Assembly (NCBI GenBank): GCA_021300175.1
Contig: JAJTIC010000016.1
Span: 17,000-80,999 of the forward strand
Direction: 5' to 3'
Source: Pseudomonadota bacterium
GTDB taxonomy: Bacteria > Bdellovibrionota > Bdellovibrionia > Bdellovibrionales > Bdellovibrionaceae
DNA: 64,000 nt
Position 1 is the first letter of the stretch; each line of letters begins with the position of its first letter. Shown piece by piece: positions 39,259 to 50,025 of this stretch. The translations under genes and the position numbers were made by a program. Under the pieces are notes generated by a model. That model was not told where the DNA came from, made no database searches, and saw nothing but the letters and a program-made list of their open reading frames with translations.

Positions 39259-41856
39259 ATGATCCACAAATATCAACTGAAAAATGGCTTAAAAGTAATT
39301 CTTGTTCAAAGTCACAAGTCCCCTGTGGTTTCGGTCCAAATGTGGGTCAGAACGGGCAGTGCAGATGAAGCTAAAGGTGAAGAGGGGATCAGTCACTTTA
39401 TTGAACACCTTGTGTTCAAAGGAACAGAGAAGTTCAAAGTAGGTGAGATCGCTTCTCAGATCGAAGGGTCTGGCGGGGAGCTCAATGCCTACACGTCCTT
39501 TGATCAAACTGTTTTTTATGTGACTATTTCAAAGCAATTTGAAAGTGTGGCGCTCGATTCGATTTCGCAAATGATGGGATCTCCTTTGTTTGACCCACAA
39601 GAAATTGATAATGAGCGAGAGGTTGTTGTCGAAGAAATTAAGCGTGGGCAAGATAGTTTGGGTCGTCGAGCGAGCCAATTACTTTTCTCCTCGGCCTACA
39701 AAGGTCATCCCTACGGCATCCCCGTCATCGGATATGAAAAGAACGTAAGGTCTTGGTCAAAAAAGAAAATCAAAGATTACTTTGAATCGAGATATGTTCC
39801 TCGAAACATGTTTCTCGTGGTCACCGGCGATTTTGAAAAAGAATCCATGAAAAAGAAAGTAGATTCCTACTTTCTGCCCTTCAGGGACCTCAGAGTAAAA
39901 CGCAAAAAGAGAAAGTCAGTTCCAAAATGGCCTCAAGGGAAAGTTGCCGTTGAGAAAACAGAATTTGAGCAATCTATTCTTTATTTCTCTTGGCCCGCTC
40001 CTAAGATCGGTCATAAAGATGTGGCTGCTCTTGAAGTCATGAGCTTGATCCTTGGACAAGGAGAATCTTCAAGACTAGTTCAGCGGCTTCGTATTCAGGA
40101 GCCCCTTGTGAACTCAATTGGGGCTGGGGTGTTCTCTCCACAGCAGGCAGGATTGGTCATGATTTCTAGTGGCCTTAATCACGATAAATTAGCCCCGACC
40201 TTGCAGGCCATTTCCAAAACAGTGGCTGATTTTCTTAAATATGGAGTTTCTGAAGCCGAGCTTCAGAAGGCTAAAATCAATCTCGAGAGTGATAAGTACT
40301 ACTCCGCTGAAACCGTGGATGGTTGGGCGAGGCAAGTTGGCGAAGCAGAATTTCTCGTGGGAAATCCTAAGGCATTTGAAGCCCACAATAAAGCCATTCG
40401 CAAGGTCACTCCTCGAGATGTCTTAAGATTGGCTAAAAAATACTTGAATCCCAAACTAGCACTTGTCACGTATGTGACGAATGGAAGCAAAGAAGAAGCA
40501 GAAAAAATTCTAAAACAGAGCATGAAGAAGTTTGCCCAAAATTCTGTGACTATTGTTTCAACAAAGGACAAGGGTGATCGCTCACTGAAACTTTCGGGAA
40601 AAAAGCAAAAAATCAAGGAAACTGGTCTTCAAATCAAAGAGTGGTTTGGAATTCGAGTTTTGCTTTATCCGATTGAGTCTACTCACACGGTCGCAGCCCG
40701 TGCAGTGATGTTTGGGGGAACTCGTGCAGAAGAACAGGGTGAGGCGGGTCTCACTGAATTACTGGGTAAAACCTGGCTCTCTGGCACTCATCGAAGGAAT
40801 GAATTTCAACTCTCAGCAGAAATTGAAAGACTGGCAGCAGGAATTTCGCCTCTGACTGGTCGGAACTCAGTAGGTATCGGAGCGGAAGGACTTTCTTTTT
40901 TTGAGCCACAGCTGGCGGATCTATTTTTTGATTGTTTGGTGAACTCTACGATACCAGCAGAGGTTGTTGAGAGAGAAAAAATTATCCAGATAGAGCAGAT
41001 CAAAAGCAAAAAAGATAATCCAGCTCAGATTTGCATGAGAAACTTTAGCCGCCTGCTGTATCCTTCGCATCCTTATGGAAGTGATATGCTGGGGGAGTCT
41101 GAAGCTGTCAAAGGCTTCACACAACTTCGAGTGAGGGATCTCTTAAAAAAGCATTTGCGACGCGGAAATCTGACACTTGTTGTGTCAGGTGCCTTTAACG
41201 AATCGATTTGGAAAGAGGCCTTGGAGTCTGTGTTTGAGTCGATCCCAGATGGCCCCAAGGGGAAAATCAATCATGTGTACCAGCCACCGACTTCGAGCCA
41301 GAAAGCATTTGAGATTTCTAAAAAGGAACAGTCCCATTTAGTTCTGGGATTTTCAGGACTGAAAATGAACGATCCTGACAGATATGCTCTGCACATTATT
41401 CAGTCGATTCTGGCAGGACAGGGGGGGCGATTGTTCCTCGAGCTGAGAGATAAAAACTCTCTCGCATATTCAGTGGCGCCATTGCGAACAGAAGGAATTG
41501 AGCGCGGAAGTTTTGGAGCATATATTGGTTGCTCACCTGAAAAGACGGAAAAAGCTCTTTCTATGATGAGAGAAGAGTTTCGAAAACTTATTGAAGTGAA
41601 GGTTCCTCACGAAGAGTTAGAAAGAGCTCAAAGATATCTCGTAGGTCGACATGATATTGATCTCCAGCGCACGAGCGCTATTGCAAGCTCCATTATCTAT
41701 GAGGATATTTACGATTTAGATCCTTTTGAAACTTTTAATATTGGGGAGAAGTATTTCTCGGTGACTGAAAAAGACGTTCAGCGAGTCGCTGAAAGAATTT
41801 TCACTCAGCCAGAAATCATTTCGATGGTAGGCCCCATAGATATCAAGGAATCATAA
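39259..41856 (+). CDS. Double-length M16 (pitrilysin) family zinc peptidase
   Basis: ORF 39259-41856 (865 aa). The N-terminal half carries the inverted zinc motif HFIEHLVFKG (HxxEH). The second half is a further M16-like unit without the motif, so two M16B-type units are fused in one chain. Confidence 0.88.
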   Translation: MIHKYQLKNGLKVILVQSHKSPVVSVQMWVRTGSADEAKGEEGISHFIEHLVFKGTEKFKVGEIASQIEGSGGELNAYTSFDQTVFYVTISKQFESVALDSISQMMGSPLFDPQEIDNEREVVVEEIKRGQDSLGRRASQLLFSSAYKGHPYGIPVIGYEKNVRSWSKKKIKDYFESRYVPRNMFLVVTGDFEKESMKKKVDSYFLPFRDLRVKRKKRKSVPKWPQGKVAVEKTEFEQSILYFSWPAPKIGHKDVAALEVMSLILGQGESSRLVQRLRIQEPLVNSIGAGVFSPQQAGLVMISSGLNHDKLAPTLQAISKTVADFLKYGVSEAELQKAKINLESDKYYSAETVDGWARQVGEAEFLVGNPKAFEAHNKAIRKVTPRDVLRLAKKYLNPKLALVTYVTNGSKEEAEKILKQSMKKFAQNSVTIVSTKDKGDRSLKLSGKKQKIKETGLQIKEWFGIRVLLYPIESTHTVAARAVMFGGTRAEEQGEAGLTELLGKTWLSGTHRRNEFQLSAEIERLAAGISPLTGRNSVGIGAEGLSFFEPQLADLFFDCLVNSTIPAEVVEREKIIQIEQIKSKKDNPAQICMRNFSRLLYPSHPYGSDMLGESEAVKGFTQLRVRDLLKKHLRRGNLTLVVSGAFNESIWKEALESVFESIPDGPKGKINHVYQPPTSSQKAFEISKKEQSHLVLGFSGLKMNDPDRYALHIIQSILAGQGGRLFLELRDKNSLAYSVAPLRTEGIERGSFGAYIGCSPEKTEKALSMMREEFRKLIEVKVPHEELERAQRYLVGRHDIDLQRTSAIASSIIYEDIYDLDPFETFNIGEKYFSVTEKDVQRVAERIFTQPEIISMVGPIDIKES

Positions 41857-41915
41857 GCAATCGTGATACTGATAATAAATTGATTCTTTCGACATCGGTC
41901 TAGAAATAGGGACGG

Positions 41916-41936
41916 GTTGTCTTACTATGAGACAAC
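41916..41936 (+). terminator. Hairpin after the M16 peptidase gene (weak terminator candidate)
   Basis: GTTGTCT-tactatg-AGACAAC followed by AGTCTTTATCTT. It overlaps the TTG start of track ORF 41917, which argues for the downstream ATG at 41977. Confidence 0.3.
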
Positions 41937-41976
41937 AGTCTTTATCTTGGAAGCATCTTTATCCGATAATGTAAGT

Positions 41977-42582
41977 ATGGGTAACCAAGGAAATGACCCT
42001 CAGCTTTTTTTGAATCCAAAAGATTACTTTCGCGAGATGGTAGAGTCGGGTTTTCAAAGACGAAAAATCAAAAGCAACTCCTATGTGCAGTCTTATTTAG
42101 TTTCTCTTCTGGAAAAATACATGCTTGCTGAGCAACTGAATCAGAACCAAGAGACATTGGCTGAGCTCTTTTTGAAAGCCAATCAAGTAGAGGCCACAGA
42201 GAAGATTGAGCTGTTGAGAAGCTTGGGCGATAGGAGCCTTTATATCAGTGGATTCTTCGCAGATTCACTCAATCGCAAGCTTGTAGATGTTGACTACTAC
42301 ATTCAAATGGGTGGAGCCGCCTATGGCCAGTTGGCCCAAGTTGTAAAAGAGGATACTTCTTCACAGCTCTATCGAACGTTTTCACTGAGGTTTGTCGACT
42401 TTGTGGAAGTCCTTAGTTACATCAGTCAGGCTTCCAACCTTCAAAATAATTCCAATCTTTTAAGGCTTTATGAGCGCTACATCCGAACAGGATCATCTTT
42501 GGCCCGGGAGCTTCTCGCAGAAGCCGGAGTTGTAGCCGTACCAATGGATCAAGCCAAAGCCTCTCAGCAGGATGACCAATAG
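41977..42582 (+). CDS. Hypothetical protein (predicted helical, no recognised family)
   Basis: ORF 41917-42582, with start chosen at ATG 41977 (MGNQGNDPQLF). Coding-like composition, directly upstream of the tat genes. Confidence 0.5.
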   Translation: MGNQGNDPQLFLNPKDYFREMVESGFQRRKIKSNSYVQSYLVSLLEKYMLAEQLNQNQETLAELFLKANQVEATEKIELLRSLGDRSLYISGFFADSLNRKLVDVDYYIQMGGAAYGQLAQVVKEDTSSQLYRTFSLRFVDFVEVLSYISQASNLQNNSNLLRLYERYIRTGSSLARELLAEAGVVAVPMDQAKASQQDDQ

Positions 42583-42633
42583 CTCAGCGCGACGAAACTT
42601 GGTAATGGCGCCTGACTGTGTTCAATAAAGAGC

Positions 42634-42891
42634 ATGTTCAATATCGGTTTTACTGAAATGATAGTTCTCGGTGTTCTTGCTTTGGTCATCATAGGGCCCA
42701 AGCAACTTCCTGAGCTGGCTCGAAATCTGGGTCGATTAATCAACGAATTCAAAAGATCCACTGATGGGTTCAAAGATGAGTTCAAAGCTCAGGCAGGCTT
42801 TGATCCTGACATGAAACCTGAGGATTTACTAAAGAAAGTGCCTGAATCTCCTTCAGAAAAAACGGATCAGAAAAAAGATGAACCCTCATGA
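42634..42891 (+). CDS. Twin-arginine translocase TatA/TatB family protein (TatB-like GPxxLP motif)
   Basis: ORF 42634-42891. The N-terminus MFNIGFTEMIVLGVLALVIIGPKQLPELARNLGRLINEFKRS has a TM helix plus an amphipathic helix. Its stop overlaps the tatC start. Confidence 0.85.
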   Translation: MFNIGFTEMIVLGVLALVIIGPKQLPELARNLGRLINEFKRSTDGFKDEFKAQAGFDPDMKPEDLLKKVPESPSEKTDQKKDEPS

Positions 42892-43655
42892 GCTTAGGTG
42901 ACAAACAGACACTCATTGAACATTTAACAGAACTCAGATCGCGGCTTATTCGCATTGCTTGGGGCATCTTTCTTGGACTTATCGTCTGCTATTATTTTTC
43001 TGAAAAAATCTTTGAGGTCGTGAGAGCTCCCATTTTACCTTACTTGCCTGAAGGTGGCTTGGTCTTCACGGGGCCCGCCGATAAATTCATAGCGCACATC
43101 AAAGTCTCAATTTTTGGCGGGATTCTACTCACAACACCTTTTTGGCTTTATCAAATTTGGTCTTTTGTTTCACCTGCCCTCTATAAAAAAGAAAAAAGAA
43201 TTGCCCTTGGCTTTATTCTTTCAGGCTCCCTGCTCTTTATTCTTGGAGTCCTCTTTTCCTACTATTTGATGTTGCCAACCGCCTTTGAGTTTCTCCTTGG
43301 CTTTGGTGGAACCATGGACAAGCCCATGATCACCATTGATGCTTATTTGAGCTTTTTCTTGATGACCTCTTTGGCCTTTGGACTTTCTTTCGAACTTCCC
43401 TTGGTTCTTGTTCTGCTGGGAATGTTTGGTGTTGTGTCTTCTAGCTTTCTCAGTAAGAACAGAAGATATGCGGCTCTTGTTCTCGCATTCGTGGCCGCCA
43501 TTGTGACGCCACAGCCTGATGCTTTTAGTATGCTGATGATGCTTTTACCTTTGATGGCACTGTATGAAATTTCAGTCGGTTTAGTGCGATTCTTTGAAAA
43601 GAAAGCATCTAAATTAAAAGATCAAACAGCTTCAGATGCTCAGAGCTGGGATTAA
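42888..43655 (+). CDS. tatC: Twin-arginine translocase subunit TatC
   Basis: ORF 42888-43655. HLTELRSRLIRIAWGIF and a 6-TM TatC pattern. Confidence 0.93.
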   Translation: MSLGDKQTLIEHLTELRSRLIRIAWGIFLGLIVCYYFSEKIFEVVRAPILPYLPEGGLVFTGPADKFIAHIKVSIFGGILLTTPFWLYQIWSFVSPALYKKEKRIALGFILSGSLLFILGVLFSYYLMLPTAFEFLLGFGGTMDKPMITIDAYLSFFLMTSLAFGLSFELPLVLVLLGMFGVVSSSFLSKNRRYAALVLAFVAAIVTPQPDAFSMLMMLLPLMALYEISVGLVRFFEKKASKLKDQTASDAQSWD

Positions 43656-44179
43656 ACTGGATCAAATTTGATAAGCACAGCGCCGCTTTCTACAGAGTCA
43701 CCTTGCTTGACACAGATCTCACGAACTTTCACATCGCCTGTGGACCTCATTTCGTTTTCCATTTTCATGGCCTCCATAATAAGGAGGGGCTTATTCGCTT
43801 TGACGATCTCGCCAGGTTTAACAAAAATTTCAATAATCTTGCCCGGCATCCCACTGCGAAGCTCTTTATCTCCACCCATGCCTCCGCCCCGCTTGAGAGA
43901 TTCATGAAGAAGCATTTCATCATTGAAGATTTTTACACTTTGAAAGGAGTTTCGAGTATAGACGGTGTAAAGGGTATCCTGGCCGATCACGTCGACCAAG
44001 TAGGATACGCCTTTGAATAAAAAGCTGAAATAACTTTCGGACCTTTTGTAATCCTCTTTACTAAGATCAAAGTGTTGCCAACTTTCGCCCTCTTTCTGAA
44101 TAGAGATCTTCCAGAATGAACGGGTTTCAACAACATCAACTTTAAACTTTTTTCCCTTAAGTTCTGCTTCAAAATACAT
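43652..44179 (-). CDS. Biotin carboxyl carrier protein (biotinyl domain)
   Basis: ORF 43652-44179. The C-terminal biotinyl domain carries the EAMKMENE biotinylation motif. It is the last gene of the carboxylase operon. Confidence 0.8.
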   Translation of the reverse strand: MYFEAELKGKKFKVDVVETRSFWKISIQKEGESWQHFDLSKEDYKRSESYFSFLFKGVSYLVDVIGQDTLYTVYTRNSFQSVKIFNDEMLLHESLKRGGGMGGDKELRSGMPGKIIEIFVKPGEIVKANKPLLIMEAMKMENEMRSTGDVKVREICVKQGDSVESGAVLIKFDPV

Positions 44180-44180
44180 G

Positions 44181-45677
44181 TTATAACCTCAGTTGCATCT
44201 TTCTGCCGACGCGCTTCCACTGTGAGAAAACATTCAAATGTCGAACATCCTTTGATTTTCGATCATTGAAAGCAGTGATCGCAGCAGCGATCAGGAAAAC
44301 TTCTTCGGGCACTTCTCTAAAAATTTCTGGCTCTAGAAGCTCAAAATTCTTTTCTAGGAATTGGGTTGTGTAGGACCCATCGCGGAACTTTTCATGGCGA
44401 AGAATAGTTTTGTGAAGCTGAATATTCGACTTAATCCCTGACAAAATAAACTCCGACAAAGCACGATCCATCCTTGAAATGGCTTCTTCGCGAGTTTCGC
44501 CCCAAGTAATCACCTTCGCAATCATTGGATCGTAATAGATGGGAACTTCGTATCCAGGATAAGCGTAAGAATCCACGCGCACAAAAGGGCCTTGTGGATG
44601 CCGACAAGCTCGAATGAGCCCAGGACTGGGCTGGTAGGTTATAGGATCTTCAGCACAAACTCGAACTTCAATAGCATGTCCTTTTTGTTTCACTTGGTCT
44701 TGTGTTACTGACAGTTTGTTTCCAAGGGCCACAGAGATTTGTTCTTTCACCAGATCTACTCCAGTCACCAGCTCGGTGATCGGATGCTCCACCTGAAGAC
44801 GTGTGTTCATCTCCATGAAATAAAACTCTTTTGTGGAGTTATCAAAAATGAACTCTAAAGTTCCTGCACCCACATAGCCTATCTGTTTGGCTGCGCGAAC
44901 AGCCGCATCTCCCATAGCTTTGCGAACCTCCGGGGGAACAGACGGAGAAGGGGATTCTTCAATAAGCTTCTGATGTCTTCTTTGGACAGAACATTCACGC
45001 TCATAAAGATGAATCACATTCCCGTGAGTATCTCCGAAGACTTGAATTTCGATGTGCTTGGGATCATTGATAAACTTTTCGATATAGACTGTTGAATCTT
45101 TGAAATAGTTTTGGCCTTCTGATCGGCAGGCCCGGTAAGCACTTTCAAGCTCGGCTTCCTTGCGCACCACGCGCATTCCTTTACCACCACCGCCGGCAGA
45201 AGCTTTGATGATGATCGGAAGTCCGATTTTTTGAGCGACTTTCATAGCCTCTTCAACTGTCTCTACTGGACCATCGCTCCCTGGAACACAGGGAACTTGA
45301 GCTTTCTTCATCAAAGCTTTGGCAGACAACTTATCACCCATGGCCTCGATATTCTCGGGAGTTGGTCCAATGAAAGTGATTTCGCTTTGCTGACAGGCAC
45401 GGGCAAAGTGAACATTCTCAGAAAGGAATCCGTAGCCAGGATGAATCGCATCAACTCCAGCCTTTTTTGCGACTTCAAGAATTTTATCGGCGCGCAGATA
45501 AGAATCAATCGAAGGGGCTGGACCAATATTGTAGGCTTCATCAGCGAGGAAGACATGCAAACTGTCACGATCTGCATCCGAGAACACGGCGACGGCATGA
45601 ATGCCGAGCTCCCGACAGGCTCTGGTGACTCGGATCGCGATTTCCCCACGATTAGCAATAAGTACTTTTTTAAACAT
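44181..45677 (-). CDS. Biotin carboxylase subunit of an acyl-CoA carboxylase
   Basis: ORF 44181-45677. MFKKVLIANRGEIAIRVTRACRELGI, an ATP-grasp domain (GGGGKGMRVV), and the EMNTRLQVEHPITE motif. Confidence 0.93.
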   Translation of the reverse strand: MFKKVLIANRGEIAIRVTRACRELGIHAVAVFSDADRDSLHVFLADEAYNIGPAPSIDSYLRADKILEVAKKAGVDAIHPGYGFLSENVHFARACQQSEITFIGPTPENIEAMGDKLSAKALMKKAQVPCVPGSDGPVETVEEAMKVAQKIGLPIIIKASAGGGGKGMRVVRKEAELESAYRACRSEGQNYFKDSTVYIEKFINDPKHIEIQVFGDTHGNVIHLYERECSVQRRHQKLIEESPSPSVPPEVRKAMGDAAVRAAKQIGYVGAGTLEFIFDNSTKEFYFMEMNTRLQVEHPITELVTGVDLVKEQISVALGNKLSVTQDQVKQKGHAIEVRVCAEDPITYQPSPGLIRACRHPQGPFVRVDSYAYPGYEVPIYYDPMIAKVITWGETREEAISRMDRALSEFILSGIKSNIQLHKTILRHEKFRDGSYTTQFLEKNFELLEPEIFREVPEEVFLIAAAITAFNDRKSKDVRHLNVFSQWKRVGRKMQLRL

Positions 45678-45685
45678 ACGAACTC

Positions 45686-47251
45686 CTAAAGTGGGATGTT
45701 TCCGTGTTTTTTAGCGGGATTGATGTCACGCTTATTCTTTAGCATCTCCATGGCATCGATCAGTCTTCGACGAGTCAATGCAGGCTCGATCACTTCATCA
45801 GTCAATCCCAACTCGGCAGACACGTAAGGATTTGCGAACATTTGTTCATATTCTTTAATAAGACGTGCCTTCTCTGCCACCGGATCCTTCGCTTTTGCAA
45901 GGGCCTCACGGAAGACAATATTCACGGCACCCTCAGCCCCCATCACAGCAATTTCTGCAGTTGGGTACGCTAAGTTGACATCAGAACGTAAAAGTTTCGA
46001 TCCCATGACGATGTATGCACCACCATAAGCTTTTCGAGTGATCAAAGTGATCTTTGGCACTGTAGCTTCTGCATAAGCATAGAGAAGTTTTGCTCCATGA
46101 GTGATTAATCCATTCCATTCTTGATCTGTACCCGGCAAAAATCCAGGAACATCCACAAAGGAAATGATGGGTATATTGAAAGCATCACAAAATCTCACAA
46201 ATCGAGCTGCTTTACGGCTGGCCTCAATATTTAAACATCCCGCAAGAACCTGAGGTTGGTTGGCAACAATACCCACGCTTCGACCATTGAGCCTTGCAAA
46301 TCCAATAATAATATTCGGTGCAAAATTCTTGTGGACCTCGAGGAAATAATGTTCATCCACCACCTCAGTGATAATGCTGAGCATGTCGTAAGGCTTTTTA
46401 GGACTGTCTGGAATGACCGAGTTGAGAGACTCACAAATACGGTCGGGACGATCCTGTGTGGGAAGAGTGGGTGGATCATCCAAATTATTTGATGGCAAAA
46501 ATCCCAAGAGCTCTCTGATCAAAAGCAAAGTATGTTTGTCATCTTCGCAGGCAAAGTGAGCCACCCCAGATTTTTGAGAGTGAGTGAGAGCTCCACCCAG
46601 AGCTTCTTTTGTGACGTCCTCATGAGTCACCGTTTTAATGACATCAGGACCGGTTACAAACATGTAACTGGAATCTTTCACCATGAAAATAAAATCTGTG
46701 ATTGATGGACTGTAAACTGCACCGCCAGCACAAGGTCCCATGATACCAGTGATTTGAGGAACCACTCCTGAAGCCATCGTATTTCTTACAAAAATATCAG
46801 CATATCCTGAGAGGGATTCAATACCTTCTTGAATTCGCGCTCCGCCAGAATCATTGAGTCCAATCACAGGTGCCCCATTCTTAATGGCAAGATCCATGAT
46901 TTTACAAATTTTATTGGCTTGCGTCCGTGACATTGACCCACCGACCACAGTGAAGTCTTGAGAGTATACGTAAACTAACTTCCCATTCACTCGCCCATAG
47001 CCTGTGATCACACCATCGCCAGGGCTTTTCATTTTATCCATGCCGAAGTTGTTACATCGATGTGTGACAAATCGATCCATTTCAACAAAGCTTCCCGGAT
47101 CTAAAAGAATATCTAATCTTTCTCGAGCTGTCAGACGACCGCCTTGCTTATGCTTGGCGACTCGATCAGATCCACCGCCAGCCATCGCGGCTTCATTTCT
47201 TTTTTCAAGATCGGCAATTTTCGATGATGTTGTAAGCTCTTGTGAGTCCAA
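45686..47251 (-). CDS. Acyl-CoA carboxyltransferase (propionyl-CoA carboxylase beta / methylmalonyl-CoA carboxyltransferase 12S family)
   Basis: ORF 45686-47251 (521 aa). It has the two-domain crotonase-like carboxyltransferase pattern ([50 protein letters not shown]). Confidence 0.93.
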   Translation of the reverse strand: MDSQELTTSSKIADLEKRNEAAMAGGGSDRVAKHKQGGRLTARERLDILLDPGSFVEMDRFVTHRCNNFGMDKMKSPGDGVITGYGRVNGKLVYVYSQDFTVVGGSMSRTQANKICKIMDLAIKNGAPVIGLNDSGGARIQEGIESLSGYADIFVRNTMASGVVPQITGIMGPCAGGAVYSPSITDFIFMVKDSSYMFVTGPDVIKTVTHEDVTKEALGGALTHSQKSGVAHFACEDDKHTLLLIRELLGFLPSNNLDDPPTLPTQDRPDRICESLNSVIPDSPKKPYDMLSIITEVVDEHYFLEVHKNFAPNIIIGFARLNGRSVGIVANQPQVLAGCLNIEASRKAARFVRFCDAFNIPIISFVDVPGFLPGTDQEWNGLITHGAKLLYAYAEATVPKITLITRKAYGGAYIVMGSKLLRSDVNLAYPTAEIAVMGAEGAVNIVFREALAKAKDPVAEKARLIKEYEQMFANPYVSAELGLTDEVIEPALTRRRLIDAMEMLKNKRDINPAKKHGNIPL

Positions 47252-47269
47252 TCGAGCCTCCTTGTCTAT

Positions 47270-48559
47270 TTAGGGGTAACTTCTTCCGTAAAGCCTAGGG
47301 AATGGAATTGTTTCTCGGACATGAGGAAGGCCACAGATCCAAGCAACTGTTCTCTCAAGACCCAAGCCAAAGCCCGAGTGTTGGAAAGTCCCATATCGTC
47401 TAAGATCTAAATACCATTTGAAGTCTTCTTCTTTCAGTCCATGTTCGTGGATTTTTTTATGGAGAATCTCTAAATTGTCTTCGCGCTGACCGCCACCAAT
47501 GATTTCCCCGAAGCCCTCAGAAGCCAAAAGATCGCTTCCCATCGCATATCCTGGATCTTTAGGATCTTCTTTCATGTAGAAGGCTTTCACTGCGGCAGGG
47601 AAATGATGAACAAAGACAGGGCGGTCAAACTTTGCTGAGACAATAGCTTCGTCAGGTGCGCCAAAGTCATCACCTGCTTTGAACTGAGGATTTTCCTTAA
47701 GGATCATATCCACAGCTTCACGATAGTGCAGTCGAGGGAAGGGGCGCTTCACCGGTTGAAGTTTTGAAAGATCTCTCTCCAAGACCCGCAGCTCTTCTGC
47801 ACAATTGGCCAGAGATCTCTGAACAAGATATTCAACAAATTCTTCTGCGAGATCCATGTTGTCATACATGTCATTGAAAGCCACCTCAGGCTCTACCATC
47901 CAAAATTCTATTAAATGCCTTCGAGTTTTTGACTTCTCGGCTCTGAAAGTGGGGCCAAAGCAATAAACCTTACCAAGAGCAGCGGCTGTCGCCTCCATGT
48001 AAAGCTGGCCCGACTGAGACAAATACATTTTTTCATCAAAATACTTTGTTTCGAACAGATTGGTTGTTCCCTCACAAGCCGAAGGCGTGAAGATAGGAGC
48101 ATCAGTGAGAGTGAATCCACGGCCATCAAAAAAATCGCGAATGGCCTTGATCAGCTCATGGCGAACTCTCAAAGCTGCCATTTGCTTTTTAGAGCGAATC
48201 CATAAGTGACGATTCTCCATCAAAAAATCAACCCCGTGTTCTTTGGGAGAAATGGGATAGTCGACACTCGCTCCGATAATCTCTAGATTTTGAGCCCCAA
48301 TTTCATAAACATTTTCATGCTTGGGATGTTTTCGCACGATACCTGTGATTTTCACTGAACACTCTTGAGAGAGTTTTTCAAAAATCTCTAAAGCGGACTC
48401 CTTACATTCACCACGAAAGAAGACGCATGAGACCATGCCAGTCCCATCACGCAATTCCACAAACTTTACTTTTCCGCTGGATCTGGAGTTGTAAACCCAA
48501 CCTTTGAGCTCAACAATTTGTCCGACATGATTTTTCAAATCACCAATGTAATAACGCAT
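47270..48559 (-). CDS. asnS: Asparagine--tRNA ligase
   Basis: ORF 47270-48559 (429 aa). Class IIb OB-fold N-terminus. Motif 2 [21 protein letters not shown] and motif 3 [10 protein letters not shown]. Confidence 0.9.
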   Translation of the reverse strand: MRYYIGDLKNHVGQIVELKGWVYNSRSSGKVKFVELRDGTGMVSCVFFRGECKESALEIFEKLSQECSVKITGIVRKHPKHENVYEIGAQNLEIIGASVDYPISPKEHGVDFLMENRHLWIRSKKQMAALRVRHELIKAIRDFFDGRGFTLTDAPIFTPSACEGTTNLFETKYFDEKMYLSQSGQLYMEATAAALGKVYCFGPTFRAEKSKTRRHLIEFWMVEPEVAFNDMYDNMDLAEEFVEYLVQRSLANCAEELRVLERDLSKLQPVKRPFPRLHYREAVDMILKENPQFKAGDDFGAPDEAIVSAKFDRPVFVHHFPAAVKAFYMKEDPKDPGYAMGSDLLASEGFGEIIGGGQREDNLEILHKKIHEHGLKEEDFKWYLDLRRYGTFQHSGFGLGLERTVAWICGLPHVRETIPFPRLYGRSYP

Positions 48560-48612
48560 AGTTAACCTCTTCTGACGAAAGAGGAATTTTTACCATGCGC
48601 AGGAATTCAGTG

Positions 48613-49881
48613 TCACGGGATCATTCGCCGTAATTGGTCCAGCGATTTTAAGACATTCATTCTGCCGCGGGAGGAGGTTTTAGATTCTTTTCCAGGAATG
48701 ACATCGACACCGGATAGCAAAGCTTGCTTAATTTGTTGCGCAGTTGCTTGTGGCTTGGCGCTCCACAGCAAAGCGGAAGCCCCTGAAACAAGAGGAGTTG
48801 CCATGCTTGTGCCTGACATTTTGTAGTAGCCGCCATTGACTGTGCTAATGATATCAAATCCAGGTGCACCTAAGTGCACAAGAGAGAAACTTTTGTTTGA
48901 AAAGTCAGTGATGTAATCAAACTTATTTGTCGCAGCCACTGTGACCTGGTGAGAGTAATTGTACACAGCAGGATAAACCCAACCCATTTTTGAAAAATCA
49001 AAGTCAGCGCCGTCATTACCACTCGCAGCAACAAACAGAACTCCCCGAGAATTCAATGAAGCTACAGCTTCAGCTAAAGATTGAGAACATGATGAACCAC
49101 CCCAGCTGGCATTGATGATTTTTGCTCCTCGAGCAGCAGCATACTTCATGGCTTGAATAGCTCCACCGAGAGTGCCTTCGCCATTCTCAGACATGAAATT
49201 CACCGGAAGAATTTTTACTTGAGGTGCAATTCCCCTCATCGCTCCTGTGGAGTGATCTGCGCCGACGATTCCTGCAACGTGTGTTCCGTGATCCTCGTAA
49301 TAGATCGGGAGTGTGGGATCTGATTTATTACTAAAGAAATCCCAACCGTACACATCGTCGATGAAGCCATTGTTATCGTCATCAATACCTGGTCGACCAT
49401 TGAGTTCTGCAGAGTTGATAAGGATTTGATTTCTTAACTGAACGTGCCTTCGATCGACAGGAGCATCAACAACAGCAACAGTCACACCCTGGCCTGTGAC
49501 TCCTTGGCTCCAGACTTGGTCGGCTTTCACTGAGGTAATTTGCCAGTTATCTGGTGTAAAAAACTGGGGATTTAAAGCTTCTGTTTGAAAGTCTGCTTGA
49601 TCGAGTCGGACAGGCTTATCAAATTCAACGTGACGAATTTCTTGAAGCTTGTCTGAGATAAAACGGTCCTTGAAAAGCTCCGCATTTTCACCCTTTTCAA
49701 CAGTGATGCGACCATCTTCCCATTGAACGATGAATTGAGTTTCTAGTTTCTCTGCAGCACATCCTGTTGTTCCCTGACTTGATTCAGGAAACACTGATGA
49801 GCTTGATTTTTTATTGGCACAACTAATGAGTAATCCGCTCAATAGACCACAGAGCAGAACTCGATTTTGAGTCACATCCAT
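48613..49881 (-). CDS. Subtilisin-like serine protease (peptidase S8), probable lipoprotein
   Basis: ORF 48613-49881. Catalytic triad context VAVVDAPVD, HGTHVAGIVGA and SGTSMATPLVSGA. The N-terminus LLCGLLSGLLISCANKK is lipobox-like. Confidence 0.88.
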   Translation of the reverse strand: MDVTQNRVLLCGLLSGLLISCANKKSSSSVFPESSQGTTGCAAEKLETQFIVQWEDGRITVEKGENAELFKDRFISDKLQEIRHVEFDKPVRLDQADFQTEALNPQFFTPDNWQITSVKADQVWSQGVTGQGVTVAVVDAPVDRRHVQLRNQILINSAELNGRPGIDDDNNGFIDDVYGWDFFSNKSDPTLPIYYEDHGTHVAGIVGADHSTGAMRGIAPQVKILPVNFMSENGEGTLGGAIQAMKYAAARGAKIINASWGGSSCSQSLAEAVASLNSRGVLFVAASGNDGADFDFSKMGWVYPAVYNYSHQVTVAATNKFDYITDFSNKSFSLVHLGAPGFDIISTVNGGYYKMSGTSMATPLVSGASALLWSAKPQATAQQIKQALLSGVDVIPGKESKTSSRGRMNVLKSLDQLRRMIP

Positions 49882-50025
49882 GTTTACTCCAGCGCCATCA
49901 ATGGCCTCTGTATTGAGGACCCGCAGATATCGGGCGCTGGTTAGCTCTTCGGTAAAATATGACTCAAGATGAGTCTAACTTGATGAAACCTAGACATTCG
50001 TAAGGTCTATTTATAAAAACGGAGT

